Source: a virus
Lineage: Duplodnaviria > Caudoviricetes
Virus record (IMG/VR): IMGVR_UViG_3300028591_000100
Span: 64,001-128,000 of that record
Length of the DNA: 64,000 nucleotides
Strand: one strand, 5' to 3'
The stretch's first letter is position 1. Each line of letters opens with the position of its first letter. The notes below the pieces were generated by a model. It was not told the origin of the DNA, ran no database searches, and saw only the letters and a program-made list of their open reading frames with translations. This document shows, one piece after another, positions 10,230 to 19,535 of the stretch. A program made the position numbers and the translations under genes.

Positions 10230-11356
10230 GTGCGTTTCCTCCTTTTTTCAATCTTTTGATTATAAGAATATAATCTAATTCTACTATGATAAAGTTGTTC
10301 AAATACTTCTCTACCAGCATCTGTTGGACTCATTTTCTTCTTAGGAAGCAGATGGTTGTAATCCATGATTACAGATACATTAACATAAGGTACTAAAGGC
10401 GCCACTATCTTTAATAGCTTTTGTTCATACTCAATGGTATCTGGGTCACCCTTTTTACCATCAAATTCCCTATCGTATCCTAATATAATTTCTTCTACCC
10501 CTAATGATAGTAGTAAATTCATTTGAGCATTAGTAAAGTTAGAACCGCACGTAGCAACAGCCCAACAGTTCTTTACACCATACATGGTAGCAAGTTGCAT
10601 AACACTCTTTTCTGCTTCAACCACAAAAACCTTGCCTATCTTTCGAATAACATCTTGGTTCTCATAAATACCGAACAGATTTTTACCCAAAGGGTGATTA
10701 TACATTGTGCCCTCTATAAAGACAGGCATGTATTTTTTACCCTCGTCTAATTCTTTCTCATTAAAACTTCTTCCTCTGATACCAATTAAATTACCATTGA
10801 TATCTTTGTGTGGAATTATTATTTTTTCTAATGCTGAATCTACTCTAATATTATAATATCTCATAACTTTTGGTGAGATATGATCGTCTACCCACTCCTG
10901 AGGTGCAGCAAGTGGATAAAAATATTCTAATAGGTTTTCTTGAATAGGGGTTATCACTTCAGGGTCAACTGAAACCTCTTGTGAATAATCCTGTATCTTT
11001 TGGAAGATATCCCAGTCGCTGGTTAGTTCTTCCTCAGGCTCGTCATCAATAAAAACCTCATGTAAATTAAAGAACTTCACTACATAATTATAGGCTTCTT
11101 TAAATGTTTCTAATCCTTTTGCTCTTCTAACTAATTCAAATATGTCATATGAACTATTACATGTGAAACAAAAGAATTTTTTACTATCTGTAAAATAATA
11201 TAATTTTTCACTATCGCCACCATGACAGATAGATGTACTAAATATGGGATTCCCATAACTATCAAATAAGTTTGTTTCATATCCTTGTAAAGAGGAGCAC
11301 AACTTAATTACATCTTCTGTGGTTAGCATATCTTTTACCTTGTTACTGTCTAACAT
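10226..11356 (-). CDS. DNA primase (DnaG-like: Zn finger + TOPRIM)
   Basis: CH...CFTC zinc-binding motif, IIIPH..GIRGR, VVEAEKSV, and TOPRIM YDRE; adjacent to the helicase. Confidence 0.88.
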   Translation of the reverse strand: MLDSNKVKDMLTTEDVIKLCSSLQGYETNLFDSYGNPIFSTSICHGGDSEKLYYFTDSKKFFCFTCNSSYDIFELVRRAKGLETFKEAYNYVVKFFNLHEVFIDDEPEEELTSDWDIFQKIQDYSQEVSVDPEVITPIQENLLEYFYPLAAPQEWVDDHISPKVMRYYNIRVDSALEKIIIPHKDINGNLIGIRGRSFNEKELDEGKKYMPVFIEGTMYNHPLGKNLFGIYENQDVIRKIGKVFVVEAEKSVMQLATMYGVKNCWAVATCGSNFTNAQMNLLLSLGVEEIILGYDREFDGKKGDPDTIEYEQKLLKIVAPLVPYVNVSVIMDYNHLLPKKKMSPTDAGREVFEQLYHSRIRLYSYNQKIEKRRKRT

Positions 11357-11372
11357 ATACTATCCTCCTCTT

Positions 11373-12974
11373 TTAGAACTCAAAATCAAACTCTTCACCG
11401 CTAGAAGCGCCTGTGGCAGCTTCAAAAGTGTTTTCTTTTGTTTCGTCTAGCATTATTTCAATATTAGTATCTGTAACGGAAATAATAGCGCCTGAGCCAT
11501 CAGTTACAAAACAATCATGCATTTGACATGTAGCACGGTCAAAATACATATATACTTTGATATTTTGATAACTACCTGCACGCACCTTATATACAGACAT
11601 GACAAAATTAGGTGTTAACTCAAAACCTTTAGAAGCAAATGCTTGAATAGCTGCATTATCCTGTTCTCTAACAGGCATTAAAATTGAACCAACATCGACT
11701 TTATCAGCAATACTCTTAGCTGAACGTAAGAAACCAGCATCTAGTTCTTTAGCGTTCTTATAATCTCCTGATAACTGTGATGCTGTCCAAATATAAATAC
11801 CTAATGTCTTAGCGGCATCTTTTAAAGCAGAGGCAAACATTAGTAGTATTTGATCAGTTCTAAGCCCCCGCACTTTTGTTTGACGAGCAGCCCCAGCTGT
11901 CAACTTTAAACTTTCACCTAAATAATCAAAATACACATAATTAACATTGTGTAGTTGTTTATATTTTTTAATGATATTAATTATATCGTCAATATCATAA
12001 TTAGTAACACTAACAAAATATAGGTTAGATTTCTCTATTAAATCAATAGCATGGTCAACACGCTCTTCTTCGCCTGTCATATAACGACCATCTTTGATTT
12101 TACTTTCAGACACACCAGCAACATAAGCCATCCACATTTGTTGACACTCAGATTCTTCTAGCTCGGTTGAAATAACCAATACTGATTCTTGTAGGTTCGT
12201 TTTTACCCATTTTTTATTAACAACATCATAGTATTCTGGAATTGCCAAATGACAAGCCTCTCCGTTAGCTATTCTTGACTTACCCGTACCGCTTGGTGCT
12301 GACTCAATAAACAAACAACCCTTACGCTGTCCTCTGTAAATTGTAGTTAATTTTGGAGACATTAAAGGTAATCCCATGTCAGGCGTTTGTTTAAATTTCT
12401 CTTTTAAAGCACGTAGACCGTCTCCTGCATGATTTTCCACACGATCAACATTACTACCAAATTGCTCTTTTATTAAAATTAATTTAGTTTCCTCTGTTAA
12501 GATAATATCATCAACGCTTAAGCTGTCGAATTTTGCATGCATTTTTGCACTTTCAACAGGGTCAATAATACTATCATCATATAAGTCTGTTGTATCAATA
12601 CCTGCAGAGGTTAATTTATTGATAAGACTATATTTTTTTAATGTATGATAATAATAATCAAATTTCTTTTCATCGTAAATAGCTAGAATGTTTTGTATAT
12701 ATTCAACACCTTTATTGGTTGTAAACACTTGATATTGGACAGCATATTGCTTTAAGAATTGGTCTATATCAATATAGCCAATGGTTTCCATACCATTCTT
12801 AGCTAAATGCTCAATAGCCCCATACAAAATTCTATGGAACTGTTCAGGAAAGTCGTCGATTGAAAAGTTATATTGATTATCTGCAAATAATAATGGGTTT
12901 TTAATTAAAGCAGCTAACACATGTATAACAGCTAATTTATTTGTAGAAACTGTTTTTACATCGTCCTTATTCAA
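11373..12974 (-). CDS. dnaB: Replicative DnaB-like helicase
   Basis: SAPSGTGKS Walker A, ISTEL, FDYL, ASQL, IADKVD, YKVRAG. Confidence 0.9.
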   Translation of the reverse strand: MNKDDVKTVSTNKLAVIHVLAALIKNPLLFADNQYNFSIDDFPEQFHRILYGAIEHLAKNGMETIGYIDIDQFLKQYAVQYQVFTTNKGVEYIQNILAIYDEKKFDYYYHTLKKYSLINKLTSAGIDTTDLYDDSIIDPVESAKMHAKFDSLSVDDIILTEETKLILIKEQFGSNVDRVENHAGDGLRALKEKFKQTPDMGLPLMSPKLTTIYRGQRKGCLFIESAPSGTGKSRIANGEACHLAIPEYYDVVNKKWVKTNLQESVLVISTELEESECQQMWMAYVAGVSESKIKDGRYMTGEEERVDHAIDLIEKSNLYFVSVTNYDIDDIINIIKKYKQLHNVNYVYFDYLGESLKLTAGAARQTKVRGLRTDQILLMFASALKDAAKTLGIYIWTASQLSGDYKNAKELDAGFLRSAKSIADKVDVGSILMPVREQDNAAIQAFASKGFELTPNFVMSVYKVRAGSYQNIKVYMYFDRATCQMHDCFVTDGSGAIISVTDTNIEIMLDETKENTFEAATGASSGEEFDFEF

Positions 12975-12992
12975 TTAAACGCACCTCCTGAC

Positions 12993-13487
12993 TTATAAAT
13001 CTTCCATATTGTATGTAAACTTAGGTTTAGACTCTGTATCTAAATCTGATTTGTTTATCTTTATTGTAACTTGTTCGGATTTTATTTCTACATTTTTATT
13101 GGCTTCTAAAATCCTGTCTTGCTCTTGTTTATATTCAATGGCTTCCTTGTAGTATCGACGAATGTTAGCGATAATAAAAGATGGGTCTAAGTCAGCATTA
13201 TTCACCTTATATACATAATAAATAGTATACAAGATATTATCTTCGGTAAACCCATCTTTCACACAACGGTCTATCCCATCAACAATTGACGACGCCAAGG
13301 AGTTTATACTAAATGTTTTCTTCAAATAGTCATAAATTTCCTGTTGTTTCGTCTGCTCTTGCATAATACGGCCAGCTTCGATTTCATGGCAGTCAAAACA
13401 AAAAGTTCTTCCCCTAATAGTATATCGTAAGCCATTTTTTAGAATCTTACCACAACGAGAGCACTTGCCACCACTAGGACTACTCAC
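12993..13487 (-). CDS. Zn-finger protein, possible helicase accessory or loader
   Basis: N-terminal CSRC...CFDC; lies immediately upstream of dnaB. Function is inferred from context only. Confidence 0.55.
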   Translation of the reverse strand: MSSPSGGKCSRCGKILKNGLRYTIRGRTFCFDCHEIEAGRIMQEQTKQQEIYDYLKKTFSINSLASSIVDGIDRCVKDGFTEDNILYTIYYVYKVNNADLDPSFIIANIRRYYKEAIEYKQEQDRILEANKNVEIKSEQVTIKINKSDLDTESKPKFTYNMEDL

Positions 13488-14388
13488 CGTAGCCGCTAGC
13501 GATTAACTTATTACGAATTGCAACAACAGTATCGTAATCTGCTTCTGTAGCAACGTTACACTTGAATGTTGTGCCTCCTGTAACTTCCTTAACAATGTCT
13601 TTATACTTAGCTGCAGAACCTTCTTTAGTTTGAAGTCTCTTTACCATGTTACCGATTTCTCTTATAACAGATGTTAAATCTTCTTTTTCTAATACTTCAC
13701 CTGTTTCAGAATCGACATCAACTGTTGGCTTTTCTTCAACCTTCTTAGTTTCTTTTACTTCTTTAACCTCTTTTTCTGTCTTAGTAGGAGTTTTCTTAGT
13801 CTTAGCAGACTTGTCTTCTACACCAAAATCAAGGTCTTCAGCCGCCGCTAAAGTCCTCTTAGTAGGCTCCATCGTCCACACAACGTTACCTTCTTTAGCA
13901 CTGCGAATTTCTAAGTCAATGATAGTCTTTGTTTTTTCATCATATTTAATTTGTGAAACATACCAGCTGTCCTTTTTATCCTTTAAAACATACTTATCAC
14001 CCTTAGCTGTCTCTACGGTAGGAAGGTCAGCCCAAATTTTTGGAGAAGAATAAAGTTCTCTACCAATACCTAAACGAGAGCATGCTCTCTTGAAAGCGTC
14101 AGAAGCTTCAGCCTTCTTTTCTTGACCATCGTCTTGGTCTGATTCAATACCGCAGTCCCACTTCCAAACGAAAGATTGGTCTTCTTTTTCTCTAATACCA
14201 ACACCGCAGTATAAATTGCCTTTGATCTCGGCATACTGACACTCCCAATTCATTGGGCCTACAGTTTCATCCAAAATCTTAGCATCTGTTCTAGCAGTCT
14301 TATATAAAAGTAATAAAGCACCAGTTTTAATAACTTGTTTTACTTTTACCTCTATATCTTCTGCTTTTAATAATGGGAAATTAATCAT
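13480..14388 (-). CDS. Rad52/Sak-like single-strand annealing protein
   Basis: YKTAR..LDETVGPMNW...KWDCG...KAEASDAFKRA...GIGRELY Sak signature. SD AGGAGG favours ATG at 14388 over 14412. Confidence 0.85.
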   Translation of the reverse strand: MINFPLLKAEDIEVKVKQVIKTGALLLLYKTARTDAKILDETVGPMNWECQYAEIKGNLYCGVGIREKEDQSFVWKWDCGIESDQDDGQEKKAEASDAFKRACSRLGIGRELYSSPKIWADLPTVETAKGDKYVLKDKKDSWYVSQIKYDEKTKTIIDLEIRSAKEGNVVWTMEPTKRTLAAAEDLDFGVEDKSAKTKKTPTKTEKEVKEVKETKKVEEKPTVDVDSETGEVLEKEDLTSVIREIGNMVKRLQTKEGSAAKYKDIVKEVTGGTTFKCNVATEADYDTVVAIRNKLIASGYGE

Positions 14389-14422
14389 ATGTATATACCT
14401 CCTATTTTCCATATCTACGTAT

Positions 14423-14450
14423 ATTATAACAGAATTATTCCCAAAGTCAA
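14423..14450 (-). promoter_or_regulatory. Conserved promoter of the Sak-helicase-primase operon
   Basis: TTGACT-TTGGGAATAA-TTCTG-T-TATAAT. Confidence 0.8.
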
Positions 14451-14495
14451 TAAAGTAAATAAAAATTCTATTTTATTTTTATATATATAATAATG

Positions 14496-14552
14496 TAATT
14501 CAATCGAATAATGTTGAAAAATGATAATTCAATCGAAAAATGTTGAAAAATG
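14496..14552. repeat. Tandem 28-bp repeat (2 copies, 29-bp period) next to an AT-rich tract
   Basis: TAATTCAATCGAA(T/A)AATGTTGAAAAATG at 14496-14523 and 14525-14552. Confidence 0.9.
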
Positions 14553-14678
14553 GCGCACATATACGTGCATGTAGAAACCCCTAATTTGTTGTTTTAGAGG
14601 TATTTTAGCTTCACCAAGACATTTTTATTATAGGGATGCATAAACTTACATCTTTCCGTCAAAAACGTCTTAAATAGG

Positions 14679-14707
14679 CAAAAAAGAGGAGTCATGGATT
14701 CCTCTTT
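14679..14707 (-). terminator. Intrinsic terminator
   Basis: AAAGAGGA/TCCTCTTT stem followed by a U-tract, just after the exonuclease stop codon. Confidence 0.7.
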
Positions 14708-14715
14708 GTTATTTT

Positions 14716-15363
14716 TTAATTATTTTGTTTAGCTATTTGAATATATTTTTCATAAAAAGCTTCCTGAAAAATCCGAATCGGTCTTAGTCTACATGTAAGA
14801 CCACTTAAATGAATTGCAGCTAACTCAGTAATTTCTCCTTTTTGGAAATAACCAGATTGCTCACATGCTATCTTGTATAAGTTTAATTGATCAGAAACTA
14901 GCTTTAGATTTAAACTAGTGGTGGTTTTGAAGTCACAAAGGGCTTTCCGATGTGTTTCTAAATTCTCAGCTGCTAAATCAAATCTACCTGCAGCTATTGG
15001 CTGTTGCTCTTTATCATATAAGACAACAACAATTTCAGTGTAAAGGGGTTTTATCTTATAAACAGGAGCAACTATCTTAAAATAGTTACAAGTTTCTTGA
15101 GTAGATTTTTCTAAAAAAGGTTCAATATCTATACCTAGTTGCTGAAGTTCAATTAAATCTTGTATTTCTTTATGAACTTTAGTTCCATATATAGCAGCAC
15201 GCTCTACAACCTCAGGGTCTACAAATTGTAAATGGTCACCATAAGCGCGCTCAAGCAGTTGAGTGATGCTGGGCACTGTTACACCTCTTACAGTGTAAAT
15301 ATGTGACTCAGCATCAAACTCTACTTTTTCACCATTTGGTAAAGTGAAATTTTCAAAAGACAT
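14716..15363 (-). CDS. PD-(D/E)XK exonuclease
   Basis: PSITQLL, GTKVH, TEIVV, AGRFDL, DFKT, QLNLY. Confidence 0.85.
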   Translation of the reverse strand: MSFENFTLPNGEKVEFDAESHIYTVRGVTVPSITQLLERAYGDHLQFVDPEVVERAAIYGTKVHKEIQDLIELQQLGIDIEPFLEKSTQETCNYFKIVAPVYKIKPLYTEIVVVLYDKEQQPIAAGRFDLAAENLETHRKALCDFKTTTSLNLKLVSDQLNLYKIACEQSGYFQKGEITELAAIHLSGLTCRLRPIRIFQEAFYEKYIQIAKQNN

Positions 15364-15364
15364 A

Positions 15365-15802
15365 TTAGAAATCTATATCTTTATAGTCTGCTGCAACAGT
15401 CTTGTCTTCAGCTTCTTTCTTCTTACGTGGAGTAACTCTTAGTGAGCCAGATACATTGCTAGTCTTAACATACTTAGCATATAACTCAGGATTGTCTTCT
15501 TTAAGCTTCTTTGAATCAAAAGAAGTCTTAGTAGATGGAGCCACATAAGTAAAAGTGTAGTCTTCGGAACGAATTGAAGATTCACCTTTTTCTTCATAAT
15601 CAGCTTCAATAATTTTTTGAATACCTGCATTAACTGCCTTCTTAATAGTAGTTAAGTAGTCAATAAGATTGTCTAAACTTTGATATTTCTTTGAGAAGTC
15701 TTCAGATTTAATAAGTTCTGCGGTTACAACCACATGGTCTAATTCAGACGCTAAAACAACTTGGTTAACATTTTGTTCTTGAATATTTGACATAATAATC
15801 AC
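15365..15802 (-). CDS. Hypothetical recombination-associated protein
   Basis: FDSKKLKEDNPELYAKY segment of the type seen in phage YqaJ-associated proteins; acidic C-terminal tail ending in Phe. Confidence 0.55.
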   Translation of the reverse strand: MIIMSNIQEQNVNQVVLASELDHVVVTAELIKSEDFSKKYQSLDNLIDYLTTIKKAVNAGIQKIIEADYEEKGESSIRSEDYTFTYVAPSTKTSFDSKKLKEDNPELYAKYVKTSNVSGSLRVTPRKKKEAEDKTVAADYKDIDF

Positions 15803-15811
15803 CTCAGTAGA

Positions 15812-16831
15812 CTAAAAGTCCATGTCGTCTGCAAACTCTTTCTTTACTTCTTTTTTAGGAGTTTCCTTTTTCTTATCGTTTTCAGATGCTCTCTTACCAT
15901 TTTCAATAGCTTTAGTTTCTCTCTTAACCATACCAGCCTTAGCAGCTTCTAATGTGATACAGTTTTCATCGCCTTGCTTAATAGGTCTCTTAGAGCAACC
16001 CTTAATAACTCTTTCTCTTGTGAAGATAGTTCTATATTGAGGACCTCTTTGTTCACCAATAAACTCATCGTCATCATCGTCGTCAGTTTCTGTTTCAACT
16101 TTCTTGTCCATATTAACTAAATCACCCTTAAGAGTAACAGTATCACCTTTTGAATAGTTTTCAAGAATGAAAGCAGCAAGTTCAATAGTTTTTACTTCTT
16201 CATTAATTTCAACTTGAACTTCCTTTGGAGCGATGAAATCAATGCAATAAACAGAATCATCATAAACAGGAAGTAAACCTGTAAGAATAGCTCTACCTGT
16301 TTCTGTTCCTTCTTCATCATCCTCGTCTTCATAAACGATTTCAGGTTCAAGTTTATAAACAAAAACGTCTACTGAGAAGTTTGCATGTGGATTAAAAGTA
16401 TCTTCAACTCCTTTAATACCTGCTCTGAAACCTTTGATTAAAATCATATTCTTACTTCTACCTTCAACCTTAGATACAAATTCTTCGAATCGTGCTGCAG
16501 CCCATACCTTAGTTGCGTTTGCAGCAGCTTCTGCATAGTCAGCACCTGGATTGTTCTTTAAATAAGAAGCAATAGATGTAGTGTTATCTGGTAATAAAGC
16601 ACTTAACTTATCAAACTCTTCGTTTGCTTCACCGTCTTTAGTTGTAGATGGCACATAGTATTGCACCTTATAATTACTAGATTCATCAGTTGCAATAATA
16701 ATAGAGCCTCTGATTACCTCACCCTTGTCCTTAACATCAACCTTTTCTAAGTTATTTTCCTTTAGATAACCTGTAATGCTAACTGAATTTTGTTTCTTCT
16801 TCTTTTCTGTGTTCTTTGTTTTTTCTGCCAT
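15812..16831 (-). CDS. Probable single-stranded DNA-binding protein
   Basis: OB-like N-terminus (NSVSITGYL), very acidic, C-terminal EFADDMDF. SD AAGGAG favours ATG at 16831. Confidence 0.65.
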   Translation of the reverse strand: MAEKTKNTEKKKKQNSVSITGYLKENNLEKVDVKDKGEVIRGSIIIATDESSNYKVQYYVPSTTKDGEANEEFDKLSALLPDNTTSIASYLKNNPGADYAEAAANATKVWAAARFEEFVSKVEGRSKNMILIKGFRAGIKGVEDTFNPHANFSVDVFVYKLEPEIVYEDEDDEEGTETGRAILTGLLPVYDDSVYCIDFIAPKEVQVEINEEVKTIELAAFILENYSKGDTVTLKGDLVNMDKKVETETDDDDDDEFIGEQRGPQYRTIFTRERVIKGCSKRPIKQGDENCITLEAAKAGMVKRETKAIENGKRASENDKKKETPKKEVKKEFADDMDF

Positions 16832-16908
16832 GTTCGTAAAATCTCCTTTTCGTTTCGTAAAAATTTTTTTGAAGGCAATAGCATAGCACACTGTTGCTTT
16901 CTAGTTAC

Positions 16909-16936
16909 ATTATAGCAGAATAAAATTTTTTGTCAA
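16909..16936 (-). promoter_or_regulatory. Conserved promoter of the SSB operon
   Basis: TTGACA-AAAAATTTTA-TTCTG-C-TATAAT. Confidence 0.82.
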
Positions 16937-16954
16937 CACTAAAAATATAAAATT

Positions 16955-16982
16955 AAAAAAAAGACGAGGTAAAACCCCGTCT
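16955..16982 (-). terminator. Intrinsic terminator closing the tail/adhesin/enzyme operon
   Basis: AGACGGGG-TTTTA-CCTCGTCT stem followed by a long U-tract. Confidence 0.75.
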
Positions 16983-16990
16983 GCTTGAAC

Positions 16991-17449
16991 TCATCGTTCA
17001 AAACTTTTAATGATTTCCTCTAAATTATAGTTAGGGTCATCAATTAATATTAAATTAATATCGTTTTCTTTTGCAATTTCTGTGGCTCTAGTGACAATAG
17101 TGTCAAAATTATTAATAACCCAGTTAATAGTTCTTAAAGACCAATTTCTTTCTGTATCGTTTAATCGTTGATTTATTTTATCTAAGCAATAATCTTTAAG
17201 ACTAAGATCGTAAGCTATCATAAGATAATTTTGTGCTCGCTCTTTTAGGTATTGATGTATATGCTCATTAAAAGACACCATGACCACATATCCTCTGCGT
17301 TCTAAATACAGCGCTATTTTGCAATACGTATAAATCCAATTAGGGTTAGTTTTTATATCATTAAATAATCCTGAATCTAAATCTATGACATTATGATTAC
17401 TTTTTGACAATGTTGTTTTACCAATGGTAGGCATTGCGCTAACTATCAT
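16991..17449 (-). CDS. Small P-loop kinase/ATPase
   Basis: N-terminal Walker A-like SAMPTIGKTT, then IDLD. Confidence 0.7.
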   Translation of the reverse strand: MIVSAMPTIGKTTLSKSNHNVIDLDSGLFNDIKTNPNWIYTYCKIALYLERRGYVVMVSFNEHIHQYLKERAQNYLMIAYDLSLKDYCLDKINQRLNDTERNWSLRTINWVINNFDTIVTRATEIAKENDINLILIDDPNYNLEEIIKSFER

Positions 17450-18513
17450 AACTCATCCTCTTTAAGAATATTTTTACATTTCTCTTTGCCCCAATAGTCA
17501 AGTATGTTTTGAGCCTCTGGAATTACATCCTCGTACTCTTCGTAAAAATTGTAGGAACTATGATTGTACTTCTCAAACAATTTTTGCGTAGTTATTAGTG
17601 GCAAGTTTGCTAGCTCAGGGGCTAGTAACATAAGCATCACCGCTCTAAATACTCTTTCACTTGGGAGTTTAATTTGTAAAAACAAATCATCAGCAAAAGG
17701 TCTTAATTGAGCACTCCATCGCGTGGAATGTTGAATATAAGCAAATAAATGTTCAGGGTTATTTATATAAGCTGAGCCAAAAGTCTCACAAGGATATCGT
17801 CCACATAATGTTTTTAATCCATTACGAACACCAACGTGATTAGGGCAACTCAATGTGTTAGCCACCGCTAAAGCACACCCTAAGTCTGCCTGACTTAGTT
17901 CAATATGATTTTTACCGTCATTTTTAATATCAGCAAGGTAGAATTGATCGCCCTGATAAACACCCTTCCATAAACTACTTAAAACACGAGTATCTAAACC
18001 ACCACTTATTGTAGGAATAAACAAGTCTTTATCAACATAGTTTTTAACTAATCGCTTATATTTAAGAAGAAGATTATGTAATAAATCATATGCGTCTTTT
18101 AACTCAGTTGAGAATAATTGCAGTGGATAATCTTCCTTTTCAAAGGTTCCATCTTTATGTACAACCACCCTTTTCCAATTTTCTATAAATTGAACATGCT
18201 TATACCAATAATCTCCTTTAACACTTTTAGCCCAATGACAATAGGGCTCTTCTAACTCGTTTTTAATATAATCATTTGGAAAATGGTTTTGAATAAATTC
18301 TTGAATATTATCTCTATCTAAATCAAATACAAATTTGTTTTCAATAACACAATATGCGATTCTAGGGCAAGCAAAAAAATCAGTTGTAAAAACTATGTCC
18401 TCACCAACTCTCTCCCAACGATACATAGAGCCATTGGCTTCAATATTCTCAAAAAACAAACCCTCATCCAAATTAAAAGTTTCATCTGTTATATATTTTT
18501 CAAACGTTCGCAT
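17446..18513 (-). CDS. Asparagine-synthetase-like (PP-loop) amide ligase, paralogue 2
   Basis: ISGGLDTR PP-loop in mid-protein and RPFADD (AsnB RxPFLD-like); no N-terminal Ntn cysteine. Confidence 0.65.
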   Translation of the reverse strand: MRTFEKYITDETFNLDEGLFFENIEANGSMYRWERVGEDIVFTTDFFACPRIAYCVIENKFVFDLDRDNIQEFIQNHFPNDYIKNELEEPYCHWAKSVKGDYWYKHVQFIENWKRVVVHKDGTFEKEDYPLQLFSTELKDAYDLLHNLLLKYKRLVKNYVDKDLFIPTISGGLDTRVLSSLWKGVYQGDQFYLADIKNDGKNHIELSQADLGCALAVANTLSCPNHVGVRNGLKTLCGRYPCETFGSAYINNPEHLFAYIQHSTRWSAQLRPFADDLFLQIKLPSERVFRAVMLMLLAPELANLPLITTQKLFEKYNHSSYNFYEEYEDVIPEAQNILDYWGKEKCKNILKEDEL

Positions 18514-19535
18514 TTTTCCTCACCCCAGTATTTTATAATTTCTTTAGCATCGCTTATAACATCTTTATATTCATCAAAAAAACTATAAGGACCGTAGTTA
18601 TATTTTTCAAACAATTTCTGAGTCCCTATACATTCTATATCTAACATATCTGATGCAAACAACAGCATCATTAAACATCTAAATACGCCTTTTTTGGGCT
18701 GTTTTATCTGCAAAAATAGGTCATCAGCAAAAGGCAACAATAAAGTATTTCCTCTAATTTGATGTTGAATAAATTTGTAAATAAACCTATCATCGTTAAC
18801 ATCCATATTATACATACCACGAGTTGATTCAGTATACATGCCAGATAAAGTTATTCTACATTGTCTGTCACTAGTGTGTTTAGTTAAATTAAATTTTTTA
18901 GCAACTTTCAATGCAACCTGTAAATCCGCCCAGCCTAGATCAACTCTATTATTATTATCCTGTTTAACTTCTCGTATGTAAAAATCATTACCCTTGTATA
19001 TGTTTTTCCACAACACAGTTAAACATCTTGTATCTAAACCACCCGTAATAGTTGGGATAAAATTATTTTGTTGTGTAAGTAATTCGACGCCACGTTTATA
19101 TTTAACTAATAAATTATAAAGATTATCATATGCGTCTTTTAATGGAACTGAATAGGGCTTTAATGGATAATCTCTCTTATCAAAAGACCCATCAGGATAA
19201 ACTATCACCTGCGACCAATTTTCTATAAAGCTCACATGTTTCAGCTCATAGTCTTTTTTTACTGACTGTTTAAATTGGGAATATGGTTCTTCTGAAACTG
19301 CTTGAACGGTGTCATTTGGGTAGTGTTTATTTATAAAACTTACTATTCCATTACTTCCTAAATCAAAAATAAAATCATCATCAAAATTACTATAAGCAAT
19401 TCTAGGGGCAGCGACGTAGTTGCATTCAAATACAACTACGTCGTTTACTTTATACCATTTTACATAGTCACCTAGTATATTTTTGACTTCATACATATCA
19501 CCATTTAATGTTTTGTTTGTTATGTATGCTATCAT
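18489..19535 (-). CDS. Asparagine-synthetase-like (PP-loop) amide ligase, paralogue 1
   Basis: ITGGLDTR and LPFADD; collinear with the next gene. Real start is probably ATG 19535 (ATGA overlap with the radical SAM stop). Confidence 0.65.
   Translation of the reverse strand: MIAYITNKTLNGDMYEVKNILGDYVKWYKVNDVVVFECNYVAAPRIAYSNFDDDFIFDLGSNGIVSFINKHYPNDTVQAVSEEPYSQFKQSVKKDYELKHVSFIENWSQVIVYPDGSFDKRDYPLKPYSVPLKDAYDNLYNLLVKYKRGVELLTQQNNFIPTITGGLDTRCLTVLWKNIYKGNDFYIREVKQDNNNRVDLGWADLQVALKVAKKFNLTKHTSDRQCRITLSGMYTESTRGMYNMDVNDDRFIYKFIQHQIRGNTLLLPFADDLFLQIKQPKKGVFRCLMMLLFASDMLDIECIGTQKLFEKYNYGPYSFFDEYKDVISDAKEIIKYWGEEKCERLKNI

Noticed and set aside
4030-12974. Inteins in DnaE or DnaB
   Set aside because: No C/S...HN splice motifs or LAGLIDADG blocks were seen; the DnaE insertion is only a short acidic loop.
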